From Marsupella aquatica (taxonomy: Eukaryota > Plantae > Marchantiophyta): a DNA stretch of 64,000 bases. Below are positions 9,910 through 22,151 of the stretch, in pieces. The notes under the pieces are model-generated. The model worked only from the letters and a program-made list of their open reading frames with translations. It was not told the DNA's origin and ran no database searches. The position numbers and the translations under genes were made by a program. Each line of letters opens with the position of its first letter. The first letter of the stretch is position 1. The DNA lies in assembly GCA_973895155.1 (NCBI GenBank), contig OZ316895.1:8172184-8236183 (forward strand), read 5' to 3'.

Positions 9910-12900
9910 ATGGCTAAAAACACTCGTACAAAGAGTGGCAAGCAGGCTCCCCCCACCAAGGGGAGAGCCCAAGTTCAAGATGAACAGAAGGAGGACGGGT
10001 CGACTTCCCTAGACGAACGTTACAAGCAGGATGAAGAAAACGCAACGGCCAAACCGTCAACCACTACGGCAAACAAAGCAAGTGCAGGGCGCCGTCAACT
10101 TAAAGGGAAGGAGGCGGTTGATCCTTCAGAGGATGGGTCGGACAACGATGACTCCGACGCAACCGCAAGCGACGACAACGTTGAAGCTAAGACAAAGGAA
10201 GAGGGTCAGGACCCGGAGGAGGAACTGATCCCAACCTTGAGAGGGTTGAACGCGGAACCAGAGGATGATGTCGAGTCGGACATCATCGTGGATAATTTGA
10301 CCAAGCAGAACCAGGATGATGCGGGTGATATCTCAGTCCCGGGAGGTCATGGTACTCGCAAAACGCGGGGTGTTTCACCAAAATCCACAAGAGAACCTAA
10401 GGACAGGCGACCCGCAAAGGAAAGACGGTTGGATGACCTTCCTCATACAACCCGCAAGGGCCCGGCCGTTGACGACGGTCTGGATCCGTTGACGCAAGAC
10501 CAACGACTCATTTATGAGCAGTTGGAACACAACAAGGGGGCCCAGATTAAGTACTTACTTAGTCTGGGTAGTCAGAGTGCGTCGCGTCCCGAGGGGGGAA
10601 TGGTAGTTGGACGGAGTATGTTCCAAGTGAACCAACTACCGACTCCTCCAACTTACGACGGGGCCTACGAGCAAAGTGGGCAAAAGTTCCTAAGTTGGCT
10701 CTCCACGATGGAGATTCATCTCCAAGCATGTGTTGAGCGTTCCACTTGGGCTACCGCAGCCGCTCCTTACCTGAAGGACTATGCCTTGACTTGGTACAAG
10801 TCGTGGAAGAAGTCGCGAGAGGACTCCTCCTTGCCGTTAACTTGGGAAAACCTGGTTGAGGGTCTCCGTGCTCATGTCACCACTAAGTACCCAGAGCGGC
10901 ACGCTCAAAAATGCGTAACGGAGATGAGTTTCAGGGGTGATATCCAAAAGTTCATCACTTATTACCAAAATCAGTTGGCATGTATCCCGGCGGGACAAGA
11001 GACCCTACACACACAGCTTCACAACTTTATTGTGAAGCTCCCGCCGTTGCTCAGGGAAAAGTTGCAGGAAAAGCGTCATGAGTTCAAAACGCTTTCTGAC
11101 GCCTTCGACAAGGCCACTACATTGATGAATAACCAACCGGACTTGGCGAAGGTGGGTGGCAAGGGATCCGAGGGGGAAGCTGGGAAAGCAAAAGGTCCCG
11201 GGAATAAGCGAAAGCAACCTGCGGGGGCGGGGGCCGGTGGTTTGGATCCCCAGCCCCAGAATGGAGAAGCTAAGCAAAATCGGAAGGCCAACAACTTTAA
11301 GAAAGGAGCCTCATCGGCACAGAAAGCAAAGAAGTAGGCGACCATGGAGCAGAGGCGGGCTGAAGGTTCGTGCTTCACATGTGGCGCCATGGGCCATCAA
11401 AGTAAGGATTGTTCCACGAAAGGTGGCAAGCCAAATGAAGATGGTAGAGGGCAGAAGAGCATTAAGGTAAGTATCGCTCTAACCGAACCCTTAGTAGCTG
11501 ACAAGGTCCTTGTAGGGGATGTCCCTGACGGTGAGAGGATGTTGTTGCAAGAGAAGATACCTAAACTTAAGACAATGGATCCTGAAAAACTGATTTTTGT
11601 GAATATCACTTCTAACGGTAATTTGGGTGTTGCCTTGGTGGATACAGTCACGACCGCCTGCTTCATAAGTGGGCAGGCGGCAGCTCGTCTTGGGGTGGAC
11701 GTGCAAGAGTTGTTACAACCGTTAGTGTGCAAGTTCGCCAACGACACGAAGGGGATAGTGTCGAGAGTAGTGCATAGACTTCGGGTAGAGGTCATAGGCG
11801 AACAACAGATCCGCATGGCTAAGGGAGACGAGTATAAGACCGCGATGCGCACAAGGTTCGGATCCTATGAGTTTTTGGTTATGCCGTTCGGGTTGTGTAA
11901 TACAACCACAACGTTCATGAAGATGATGAATACCATCTTTCATGACTTGTTGGACCAAGGAGTGGTTGTCTTTATTGATGACATCCTAATCTACTTGAAA
12001 ACGTTGGAGGAGCATGAGCAATTGCTCAGAGAAGTGTTCTCTCGCCTTCGTAAGGCTCGTCTCTTTGCTAAACCTAGCAAGTGCGAGTTTGCGATGAACG
12101 AGATTCAGTTCCTCGGCCATACCTTTACCCCGGAAGGGATTACGCCTAGTCAAGATAAGCTTAAGGAGATCAAAGAATGGGAGCGCCCATCCAATGTAAG
12201 GCAAGTTAGAGCCTTCTTAGGATTTATGGGGTTCTATCAGAGATACATGAAAGACTATGCGAGGATCGCGGGGCCCCTAAATGCGCTAACGTTGAAAAAC
12301 AAAGTGTTTGTGTGGACACAGGATTGCGAGTTAGCATTCCTAGAACTTAAGCGGTTAATGATAACACCGCCAATTCTAAAGTTACCCGAGATGGGGAAGC
12401 CGTTCAAGATTTGGACAGACGCAAGTGATTATGCCATCGGCGCCTGTCTTCACCAAGATGGGCGTCCTGTGGCTTTCAAGTCATGTAAGTTGGAAAATCA
12501 CTGGATCACGCCGGAAAGGGAAATGTATGTTGTGATCTACGCGTTGAAGAAGTGGGAGATTTACCTTAAGAACGGTCCCAAAGTGGTAATCCACACAGAT
12601 AGCTCGCCGGCCATGTACTTCAGTTCTAAGCCAAGGCTGAACCCCAAGGAAATGCGCTGGCAAATGTTCTTGGCGGATTTTGATTTCGAAGTCCGCCACG
12701 TTCCAGGGAAGACAAATACGGCAGCGGATGCATTATCGCGTAAGGACCAACATCGTGTCAATGGGATCACGATGCTCGAATCCGAGTGGCCAAAGGTTCT
12801 GGCCGCGGCGTATGGGGATGACAGGTTAGCTAAGGATTGGCAAAGCAATGGGGGTAGCCGGGGCAAGGTAAGGCACGTATCGTTGGGGTTGGATGTGACG

Positions 12901-14267
12901 CATAATGTCCAGTTATGGCGATACAAGCAGAGGCGTGTGTACATACCAGAGTCTCTAAGGTTAGAGGTTCTGCAAAAGTACCCTAGGGAGGGCACGAAGG
13001 ACAAGCTGCTACGTATCACAGTATGTCGCAAGATGTGTATTGGCCGGATATGAAGCAATCGGTCCTTCAACATGTGCAAAGTTGTTACTCGTGCCAAAAG
13101 AACCGAACGGTCTATAGGGCAAAAGGAGGACTACTACAACCCTTACCAGTAGCTGCGGCTCCATGGGAGTCTATCTCCATGGACTTCATTGTTGGATTAC
13201 CTGAGTCCCACGGCAGTAACTCCATCTTAACAATCGTGGATCATTTTTCCAAGATGACGTATTTCTTGCCTACTACGAAGATGGTTTCGGCCCGAGCGGT
13301 TGCCGATCTAGTATTTGACAATGTCTTCTGACAATGGGGATTGCCGTTGCATATCCTGTCCGATCGCGATACCAAGTTCACGGGCCATTTCTAGAAGGCG
13401 TTGTTCCGGTTATCCGGAACGGACTTGACCAGGGGATCAGCGTATCATCATGAGACAGATGGCCAAACAGAACTGGTTAATGGTATTGTGGAGGACTACT
13501 TGCGTCACTTTGTGACAGCCAATCATAAAGATTGGGCGAAGCATTTAACAATGGCCGAGTTTAGGTATAACTCGACCAAGCATTTGGCGACAGGGTTTGC
13601 GCCGTTTGTGTTGGCCACAAGGAGGACGCCAAGGGCGCCCTCCTGGTTTATAAATCCAGAAGCTTGGCGGACGGAAAGCAAGGTTCCTTCGGCGGATGAT
13701 TTTATTCGAGAGCAGAGCCTAGTTGTGGAAGCGGCTACCAAGGGTATGACCCTTGCCCAAAGTCAGTACAAGGAGCAAGGGGATAAACATCAACGCCAGG
13801 TAAGCTTTGAAATTGGGGAGACCGTCTGGTTGCAATTGAGACCTGAGCAATACCACGGGAACATAAGTAGGAAGTTGGCTCCCAGATATGCGGGGCCCTA
13901 TCGCATTATATGATGGGCCCACAAGGATAATCCAGTTTCGGTGGTGTTGGAGACACCCAAGGAAATGGGCGTGGGTAAAAGCTACCATGTTAGCCGGCTC
14001 AAGAAATTTGTCAAAGACGATGATCCCAACCGGGATCAGGTCTTGCGTTCGGACGCCATGCTGGTGGAGGACGCTGAGGAGTTTGAGGTGGAGGCAATTC
14101 TGGACCACCGTTACAAACACAAGTTGGGAAGACAAATCTTAGAGTATTTGGTGAAGTGGGCTGGCTATGATCAGGCCGAGAGTACTTGGGAACCGGAGGA
14201 AAATTTGGGTAATGCCTCAGAGATCCTTGGAAGCTATCGTAAGCGAAGCGGCCTACCGCCGTTGTGA
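9910..14267 (+). pseudogene. Chromovirus gag-pol: gag, CCHC knuckle, protease, truncated RT, RNase H, integrase, chromodomain
   Basis: Motifs: CFTCGAMGHQSKDC; ALVDT (protease); YEFLVMPFGL and FIDDIL (RT); TDASDYAIGA and NTAADALSR (RNase H); CYSCQKNR, WESISMDFI and ETDGQTE (integrase); FEVEAILDHR...YLVKWAGY...STWEPEENL (chromodomain). Disrupted by stops (11335, 13329, 13393) and frameshifts. Confidence 0.95.
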
Positions 14268-14690
14268 ACTAGTACAGACAACTGTAGCTACCTTTGTGAG
14301 TTGTATCCTAGTTTCACTCCTCTCGGCCTCTTAAGGATAAAGTCGGATTGCGTTGGGGCTAGAGGTTGTAGGCGGCTGATTTGCTTTTTGCGAGTGGAAG
14401 TTGATGGTGCCCGCCCTACATCTGTGGGCGGGCTAGTTCGAACCAAAGGGGAGTGCCCCAAGGGGAGGACAAGGGGTCCGACAAGTTTGGAGTTAGCCTA
14501 CCCGTTTGGACTGGCATCCTACTCGGATAAGTGGGATAGGTTGGAATTTCCTAAGTTTGGAATGCGCATACCAACCTGGTTTGCATCAGCCTTATGGGCA
14601 AACCATTTGTTACCTCATAAAATTTTTAAGGCCCAAAGTGGTCTAGGCGTGTTGGAACGTTTACTTAGGTCACGCGGACGTGACCATTTT

Positions 14691-14700
14691 GAAGGGGGGG
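14691..14700 (+). promoter_or_regulatory. Polypurine tract of the chromovirus
   Basis: GAAGGGGGGG immediately precedes the TG start of the 3' LTR at 14701. Confidence 0.85.
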
Positions 14701-16212
14701 TGCAAGTCGCAGAACTCGACTACCTTAACACTTAGCTCCGGCGTCGCTGACTCCGACGCCGAGCTCCTTTATGGTCCAGGCCCGGATAGGCCATCCGGGG
14801 AGGACTTAGCATGGGGAGACTTGTGGGCAATGAGACGTGGCATTGGCGAGGCAAGGGGCCAAGCTGGGGACACAAACTAAGGACTTGGACTAGCCTATGG
14901 TTGGTCGGGTCAAGGGGAAATGGGCCGGACTCATGGATGGTCGTCCGGACCGTCGGATGGGCTTTGAGTTTTGAGGGCTTGGAAGTGAGCTCCTCTTGGG
15001 CCCAAGGCCAATGGAGTTGACGCCATTGGCAACGGACGCTTGGGGCACAAGTTGTGGCCCGAGCGGGTTGGGTCGGTCGGGGGCCCCGAGCGGCGATCAG
15101 ACCTGAGGGCCTAGGCATGAGCACTGGGTTGGCCCGGTCACAACGGGCTAAGGCACTCCGCTTGCGGATGCCTATCAAGAAAGTTATGGGCGTTGCCAGT
15201 TGGTGGCGTGCCCATTATGCACAATGAGATCCGGGTTGGGGGCCAAATGTTTTGGGACCAAAGCTGGTCCGGGGGTAAACCCTAAACCCTAAACCCTAAA
15301 CTCCAGAAGCATATATGAGGGGAGTGGTGTCTCCCTGGGGGCTAAAGGCGAGCCGAAATCGTGAGCCGCGGCGGTCGCGACACTAAGGGAAACCGCCAAA
15401 CAAAAATGGTGATATCTTCCCAACGGGAAGTCCGTTGGAGGACTTCTTAGGTGCATTGGAAAGATCTTGAGGAGGGCTATGCCCTATTGAGCTCAGCTGG
15501 GTCTGGGGGTGCCATGGGTTCTCATGGTTTGCGGGTGTTAGCTCACCCGCTTGCCAAATCCTGTCGAACAGCAGCCAAGCCGTGTTCAGTCTCCCAAGGG
15601 AGCTTGTGTTGGGGAAGCAAGGCCAAGTAGGTATGGAGACTGGATCCCAAGGGCACTCGGTCCCTAGACCATCAGTGGGGAAAACCGGGAGTCGGTGTTA
15701 GAGTCGGGGCCGTTCTAGTCCCGGCGTGTTGAGACAAGCTTGGGACAAGCTTTAGGACAAGCTATGCTATTTGGGCCATGAGCATGTCCTGAGGTCAGGG
15801 CGGTCAGTTGGTGATGGATAGGTACGAGGGGGAACCCGGGCCGCGCCCAAGGAAAGAGCTGTCCTGGACGGGCAGTGGGCGTGGATTCTGGTTCCGACTT
15901 ATGGCATCGGGAGGACCTATCGCTGACCTATTTACCAAAGTCTGTTGAGCTTGAGTTAGGATGCTAGACTTGACGAGTTCTAGATCCTGAAGGGTTACTT
16001 ACCGAGGTACGGGGTGGCTTGTGTAGACAATGAGGACCGTTGAGTAGCGGTCGTGTAGGAGAGCAAGTGCGGCTTCGTATGGGAGGGGCCGCTGAAGGTG
16101 CAAGGGGCACTAGGATGCTTGCTCGAGGTATTCCGTGGAGGCGTTCGGGCACCAGGGGCACTTAGGCGTGAGTGTTGGGATTGGTGAGGGCGCTGGGTGG
16201 CGAGGTCCACTA
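14701..16212 (+). repeat. Chromovirus 3' LTR (1512 bp)
   Basis: Begins TGCAAGTCGC after the PPT, ends GAGGTCCACTA, and matches both parts of the split 5' LTR. Confidence 0.95.
15276..15301. repeat. Interstitial Arabidopsis-type telomeric repeat (CCCTAAA)n
   Basis: TAAACCCTAAACCCTAAACCCTAAAC. The homologous 5' LTR position (4097-4103) has GGCAGGT instead. Confidence 0.9.
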
Positions 16213-16577
16213 CTATAACCCTAAACTAACAGGTACAAAAAGTGTAAAAAAACTCAACTACCCATTTTCTTTCTTTTTTTTGTCCCAAACCCTAACTAGT
16301 ATGGTTTTCATTTTTTTTTCCATTCAATGTCTTTTATCTTATTGTTTAGATGGAGGTCATTAGAAAGTTTTGGGACAACTTACCAAATTTATCTACTATA
16401 AAAGAGGCCCCCAAATGTAAAACATCTTGTCCCAAATAAGCTTGAGACAACAAAATTATGACCAAAATTTGATGCATCTTAATGACGCGCTTAATGAGGA
16501 TGCTATTGTACCCTAGTAGCACAGAAATAACATCATCAAACCCAAGAAGAACAATTGACAAATTTAACAACAATTTG

Positions 16578-16920
16578 TGTTGAGCATAGACAACAGTCGC
16601 AATGGCAAGCCCATGAACTATCCCACGCACAAGTAGTAGACATCAAGAGATATGTGGTTCACCTCCACATGAGGCTACGTCCAGGGGAACACACAAGAGC
16701 TTTATTGCATTCTAGGCCGACCTGCCATATCAAGCATCCACAACACAAGCTCTCTCTATCTCTCAACTAGCTTCATAAGAATGAGCCTGAGTTCCCACTA
16801 TCCAAGCAAACACCACTTGGGTATAGTATAGTGTGTGCACAACATGACTAACCTAACGTAGTTTGTGACTGAGGTTAGCCCTAACTGGTACAGTTGTAAC
16901 TCTAGACCTAAGAGTAAATA
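16578..16920 (-). mobile_element. Solo LTR of a copia subfamily
   Basis: TGTTGAGCATAGACAAC...GGTTCACCTCCACATGAGGCTACGTCC matches the copia LTRs; the distal part matches the solo LTR at 60485-60828. The terminal CCTAACA is eroded. Flanks are ATTTG and ATTTA. Confidence 0.8.
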
Positions 16921-17321
16921 ATTTAAAGTGCCCATCGCCACTATAATCTATCAACACTGACCTCAAAGATATGCAAATTTTCTGTGACAATTGTGCAATG
17001 TTGTCCACCATCTTCATTATTACCAATGATCGACCAAATTTCAAAAGTAAATAAAATGGTTACAAGCCCAGTTACATGTGGCCCACAATTTGGTTTGTTG
17101 TCTGCCTCGTTGGTCTTCGCCGCGGTGACTTCGTTAATAAACGTGTATCTCAACAACAAAAAACCTGGTTACAAGTGCTTACTTTCTTACCCCACTCTTG
17201 GTTATTTGGCATGTTAATTTAAAAAAAAAATCAAGTGTTTACCATTTGAGGTTTTACGTTTTTTTTGTTGACGTTCTGACAAGTATATATGAATGGGTTA
17301 TGGTTATTTCTAGCCACAAAC

Positions 17322-17665
17322 TGTTGAGCATAGACAACATTTGTAACAACAAGCCCATGAACCATCCAACGCACAATAATCGACACAGAGAGATACATGG
17401 TTCACCTCCACATGAGGCTACGTCCACGGGAACACACAAGAGCTTTACTGCACTCTAGCCCGACCGGCCATGCCAAGCATCCACAGCACAAGCTCTCCCT
17501 ATCTCTCAACTAGCTCTGTAACAATGAGCCTAAGTTCCACCAGGGTCTAGCATCAGCCCTGGCTATATACACAACAGCACTACCGCTAACAATAGCTAAG
17601 TCCTAACCCGAGTTAGCCTAACTGTAGTTAGCTCATGAGTCACAAGACTAGAGCAATATCTAACA
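17322..17665 (-). repeat. Copia 3' LTR (344 bp)
   Basis: Direct repeat of 23843-24184, adjacent to the PPT. Confidence 0.95.
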
Positions 17666-17676
17666 AACTCCCCCTT
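17666..17676 (-). promoter_or_regulatory. Copia polypurine tract
   Basis: Minus strand reads AAGGGGGAGTT directly before the LTR TGTTAG. Confidence 0.85.
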
Positions 17677-17872
17677 GACTCTTGTCTTGGGGACTGAACT
17701 AAATGCTACCATATGGAATCCTCAACGGGAAGTTCTAGACAATCACCAAACCAAGTCTCCCCCTAAAAACCACAAGGGTTAACTAAGGGTTAACTAGAAC
17801 TAAGCCGTAGCCAAACAGGAATGAGTAATCCATATACAAATAGTCACACATTGTTAAATAACTCTACTTGCA

Positions 17873-20800
17873 CTACAACTGCAAAACCTGCAAAGTAGCA
17901 CGGTGTCTTGAAAAACTCTCCAAAGGAAACACTTTGGTAAAAGCATTAGCGGGATTGAGCTTTCCATCAATCTTGACTAGCTCAAAAGTTTTATCAGACA
18001 CTGCTTGTCTGATAAAATGGTACCTGATATCAATGTGCTTTACCCTGCTATCCATCACTTGGTTAGCAGCCAAGTGAAGAGCACTTTGACTATCATAGTT
18101 TAGAGTCATTTTTCCATGCTCTAAACCCATCTCCGCGATCAACTTATCCAACCAAATTGCTTCCTTTGCTGCTTCTGCTGCTGCAACATACTCTACTTCT
18201 ATAGTAGATTGAGATATGCACTTCTGCAAGGTAGATTTCCAACTGATACATCCTCCTCCAAGAGTGTATACAAATCCAGTTGTAGACCTCCTTGTATCTA
18301 GACAGCCTCCATAGTCAGAATCTACATAGCCAACTAACATTCTATCTTATCTGTTATCAAATAATAATCAATAGTCCTGTGTACCCTTAACATACCTGAG
18401 AATCCATTTCACAGCTTTCCAATGTACCTTCCCTGGATTTGACATGAATTTGCTAACCTTGCCCATCGCTAGGGCCAAGTCAGGCCTAGTACAAGTCATC
18501 AAATACATCAGACTGCCTACTGCCTTCTCATAAGGAATCTTAGCCATCAGACCTTTCTCCACAGCATCCGTAGGAGAGAAAGCCGATGATAACTTGAAAT
18601 GTGAAGCTAAAGGAATACTCACTGGCTTACAGTTCTCCATGTTGATTTGTGCAAGTACTTTCCTCGTATACTGGCCTTGACTCAAGCACAATTGTTCAGT
18701 CTCAGAGTTCCTAAAAATCTCCATCCCTAAGATCCTCTTGGCCTTACCAAGATCCTTCATCCTGAATTCAACACTCAATTTTGCCTTGAGACTGTCAACC
18801 TCAGATTGATCTTTAGCCACAATCAGCATGTCATTCACATAGATCACCAGAATGATGAAACCAAATACATCATTCTTGACTGATTTCGTATACACACAAT
18901 GATCATACACCATCCTTGTAAACCCTTGAGCAAACATGAAATCATCAAATCTCTTGTTCCACTGTCTGGGAGATTGTTTCAATCCATACAAGGGCTTGAG
19001 CAATCTGCAAACTAAGTTCTCTTGGCCCTTCTTCATAAAGCCTAGTGGCTGTCTCATGAAGATCAACTCTTCCAAGTTGCCATAGAGAAAAGCAGTAACA
19101 ACATCCATCTGATCCATCACCAGACCAAAAAATACAACAAGCTGACACAAGATCCAAATTGTGGAATACTTAGCCACCGGTTAAAAGACCTCATTGTAGT
19201 CCACTCCTTTCTCCTGAGTGAACCCCTTGGCAACAAGCCTTGCCTTGTAGATCTTATCTCCACCCTCTGAAGGACTGTCCTTCAACTTGTAAATCCACTT
19301 GTTGTTCACCACTTGCTGACCTCTTGGAAGCTCCACTAGCTTCCATGTCTTGTTGTCACTCAAAGATTGCAAGTCCCTCTGCATTGCTGCATTCCACTCA
19401 TGCTTCTGCTCTAAAGCACAAGCCTCACTATATGAAGAAGGTTCTCCTTCTTCCAAGATCAAAGTCATGTCATCATCATCAGGTGCAATATCAATATCAT
19501 CTAGCTTAGATGAGTCTACCCATTGACCATACCTGGTAGGAGCTCTAGTAGAACGAATGGAAGTTCTTCTAGTAGATGACTCAGGCTGATCTGCTGCTGC
19601 TGCTGGTTGATTTTGAGGTACCCCAGCAATAATCTACTCCTTTTGTTCCATCACAGGAACCAGCTCCAAGCGCGGAGCTTCTCCATCTCTCCTGTCATGA
19701 ACATCATCATGACTAATCTCCCCCTCAACCTGGTTCGGGATGAGAGATTTCCCCTTCTCAGTATGGGAGTCCTGAGAACTCTCCCCCTCCTTTGATGATC
19801 TGGATTCATTAAAGGACACATCTCTAATGACAATTAGTTTACAGGTTACTGGAACCCATAACCTATAACCCTTCACACCTTTCTGATAGCCAAGGAAAAT
19901 GCACTTCTTCGACTTGGACTCCAGCTTGGATTGAAGCTGGGAAGGTGTAAGCACATATGCATCACATCCAAAAATCCTGAGATGTGAGTAATCTGCTAGA
20001 CGCCCGTACCTCATTTCAAATGGCGTCTTGAATCCAATAGAATTGGATGGAGAAAAATTTACCAAATAAGCTGCAGTGTTGACAGCTTTAGCCTAAAACT
20101 CATGTGGTAAGCATGATTGACTCAACATACTCCTCGAGCGGTCCAATAGTGTTCGATTGAGTCTCTCAAAAATACCATTCTGCTGAGGAGTATAACTTGT
20201 TGTGAGATAGCGGGTAATCCCCTGCTCCTTACAATATGTTCCAAATTCCATGGAACTGTATTCACCGCCATTATCCGATCAAAGATATCTCACCTTATTA
20301 CCAGTCTGATTCTCAACTTGGGCTTTCCACTCTTTAAAAGTGGCAAAAACATCAGATTTATTGTGTAGAAAGTATATCCATACATACCTGGAGTAATCAT
20401 CTATGAATGTGACATAGTATAACCATCTAGAATGTGAGGGAGTAGGGGCTGGACCCCACACATCACTATATATGTACATACTCAAGTACCTCCTTGCTGA
20501 TGTGAGTTCCAACTCCGAAGGGTTTCCTGTGTTGCTTCCCAAGCACACAGTGCTCATAGAAATCTAACTTACAAGATTGCAAATTAGAAAGTAATCCTTT
20601 CCTCTGAAGAATAACCAACCATTTTTCACTCATGTGGCCCAAACAGAAGTGCCACAGTCGGGCCGTCCCCTCATGAGATAAGGTTACATTGGCTCTATCA
20701 CAGACTACACTGCCCTCCAAAACGTATAGATTGCTATGTCTCTTTCCCTTCAATATAACTTTAGTACTAGTTGAAATCTGAAGGACACCATTAGCACAAC

Positions 20801-22151
20801 TCCACTGATGGCTATTTGCTTCTGAAACTCCAAGTGAAATGAGATTTTTCATCATGCTGGGAATATGTCTCATATTCCTCAACGTTCTCACAACACCATC
20901 AAACATCTGAAATCTAACAGATCCAAGTCCAATAACTTGACATGGGATTCCGTTTCCCATCAACACTAAACCGTTGGAATCCGTGTAAGAACTGAAAAAA
21001 TCTCTCCTAGAGAAAATGTGAAAAGTACATGCACTATCTAGAATCCAATCATCACTACCTGGATTTGACACTACGTTGAGAGCATAACCTTGACATCACA
21101 ATATGTCATCATCATCGAGTAAATCTACCTCATGCAAGCTCGATGCTGCGTTAGCAGATGCAGTAGGGACCTTTACTCAATAATCCCTTTTCATGTGGCC
21201 AGGCTTGCCACAATTCCAACATGCAAGAGGCTTTCTCTCTTGCAATTTCCCTCTGGATTTAGATCTCCCCCGTGATGTAGATCTAAACCTATTCTGTCCA
21301 TTTGAGCGTTGCGTTGCTCTTCCACGGTTCACGTTCAGCGCAGTGCCAGAAGAAGATGTTGTCTGTGATTGACCCAACTTCTTCTAAGCATCATCAGACA
21401 GTAATGAGCTCACCACCTCATTGTACAAAATGGACTTCAGATCTCTATACAAGAGCACCTATTTCAAGCCCTGATATGACGGCGGTAAGGAGCTTAGCAG
21501 AAGCAAGGCCTTATCCTCATCTTCAACTCCTTTTCCCAGATTTGACAGATCCACCGCTAGACTATCAAATTCATCCAGGTGATCCTGCATCTTGCTCCCT
21601 TCCTTGAACCTGAGGCTTATCAAGAGAGACTTCTTGTACAGCCGGTCTGACGCATCTTCCCGGTAGTACTTCTCTCTTAGAGCCTTGAACAGTGACGCGC
21701 AATCCGCATAATCATCTAGCTGCTTGATGATGTGCAGCTTGAGATATAGCATCACTGCATTGACAGCAATCACCTGCACCTGTCTCCACTGCCTCACTGA
21801 AATCTCCTCCTCTCCATCATACTGCTCTCGTGATGAAAGCAGATGAGCTAAGCCCATGGCCCGTAGAACGCCCTTCACTTGCTTCTCCCACAACAAGTCG
21901 TCAGTACGACCATCGTACTTCTTCACCTCAAACTTCACTCCTCCAAATCTAGCCATCTCCCTCTTCTTCCCAACTATCGACAACTCTGGTAGTAGTATAG
22001 CTTCCTCCACTGCACGCCGCACCGGTGATCGTACCGGTGTTACAAGTTCCTCCTCAAATGGTAGCATCTCCTCCTCAGACTCTTCGTCTGATCGTCGCAA
22101 TCCTAAAGCTCCACCGACGCCAATTCTTCCAGTATCCTCCGAGTCACTCAT
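17873..22151 (-). pseudogene. Copia gag-pol polyprotein, fragmented
   Basis: Motifs: KFEVKKYDG (gag); CWNCGKPGHMKRD; WILDSACTFH (protease); ARLWHFCLGHMS (GAG-pre-integrase); YSDVWGP...FIDDYSR (integrase); KARLVAKGF, QMDVVTAFL and LYGLKQSPRQW (RT); GYVDSDYGG...RRSTTG and KHIDIRYHFIR (RNase H). Multiple stops and frameshifts. Confidence 0.95.

Larger units (their letters stand above)
3521..16212 (+). mobile_element. Full-length but decayed Ty3/gypsy chromovirus LTR retrotransposon; 5' LTR split by a nested insertion
   Basis: Paired ~1.5-kb LTRs (3521-4866 plus 9615-9762; 14701-16212). PBS TGGTATCAGAGC, PPT GAAGGGGGGG, domain order gag-PR-RT-RH-INT-chromodomain. Flanks CTACA (3516-3520) and CTATA (16213-16217) form a 5-bp TSD with one transition. 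Confidence 0.95.

Noticed and set aside
11335-11337. In-frame TAG between gag and the zinc knuckle/pol as a programmed read-through site
   Set aside because: It falls before the CCHC knuckle, lacks a CARYYA-type read-through context, and is one transition from CAG in an element full of such mutations.
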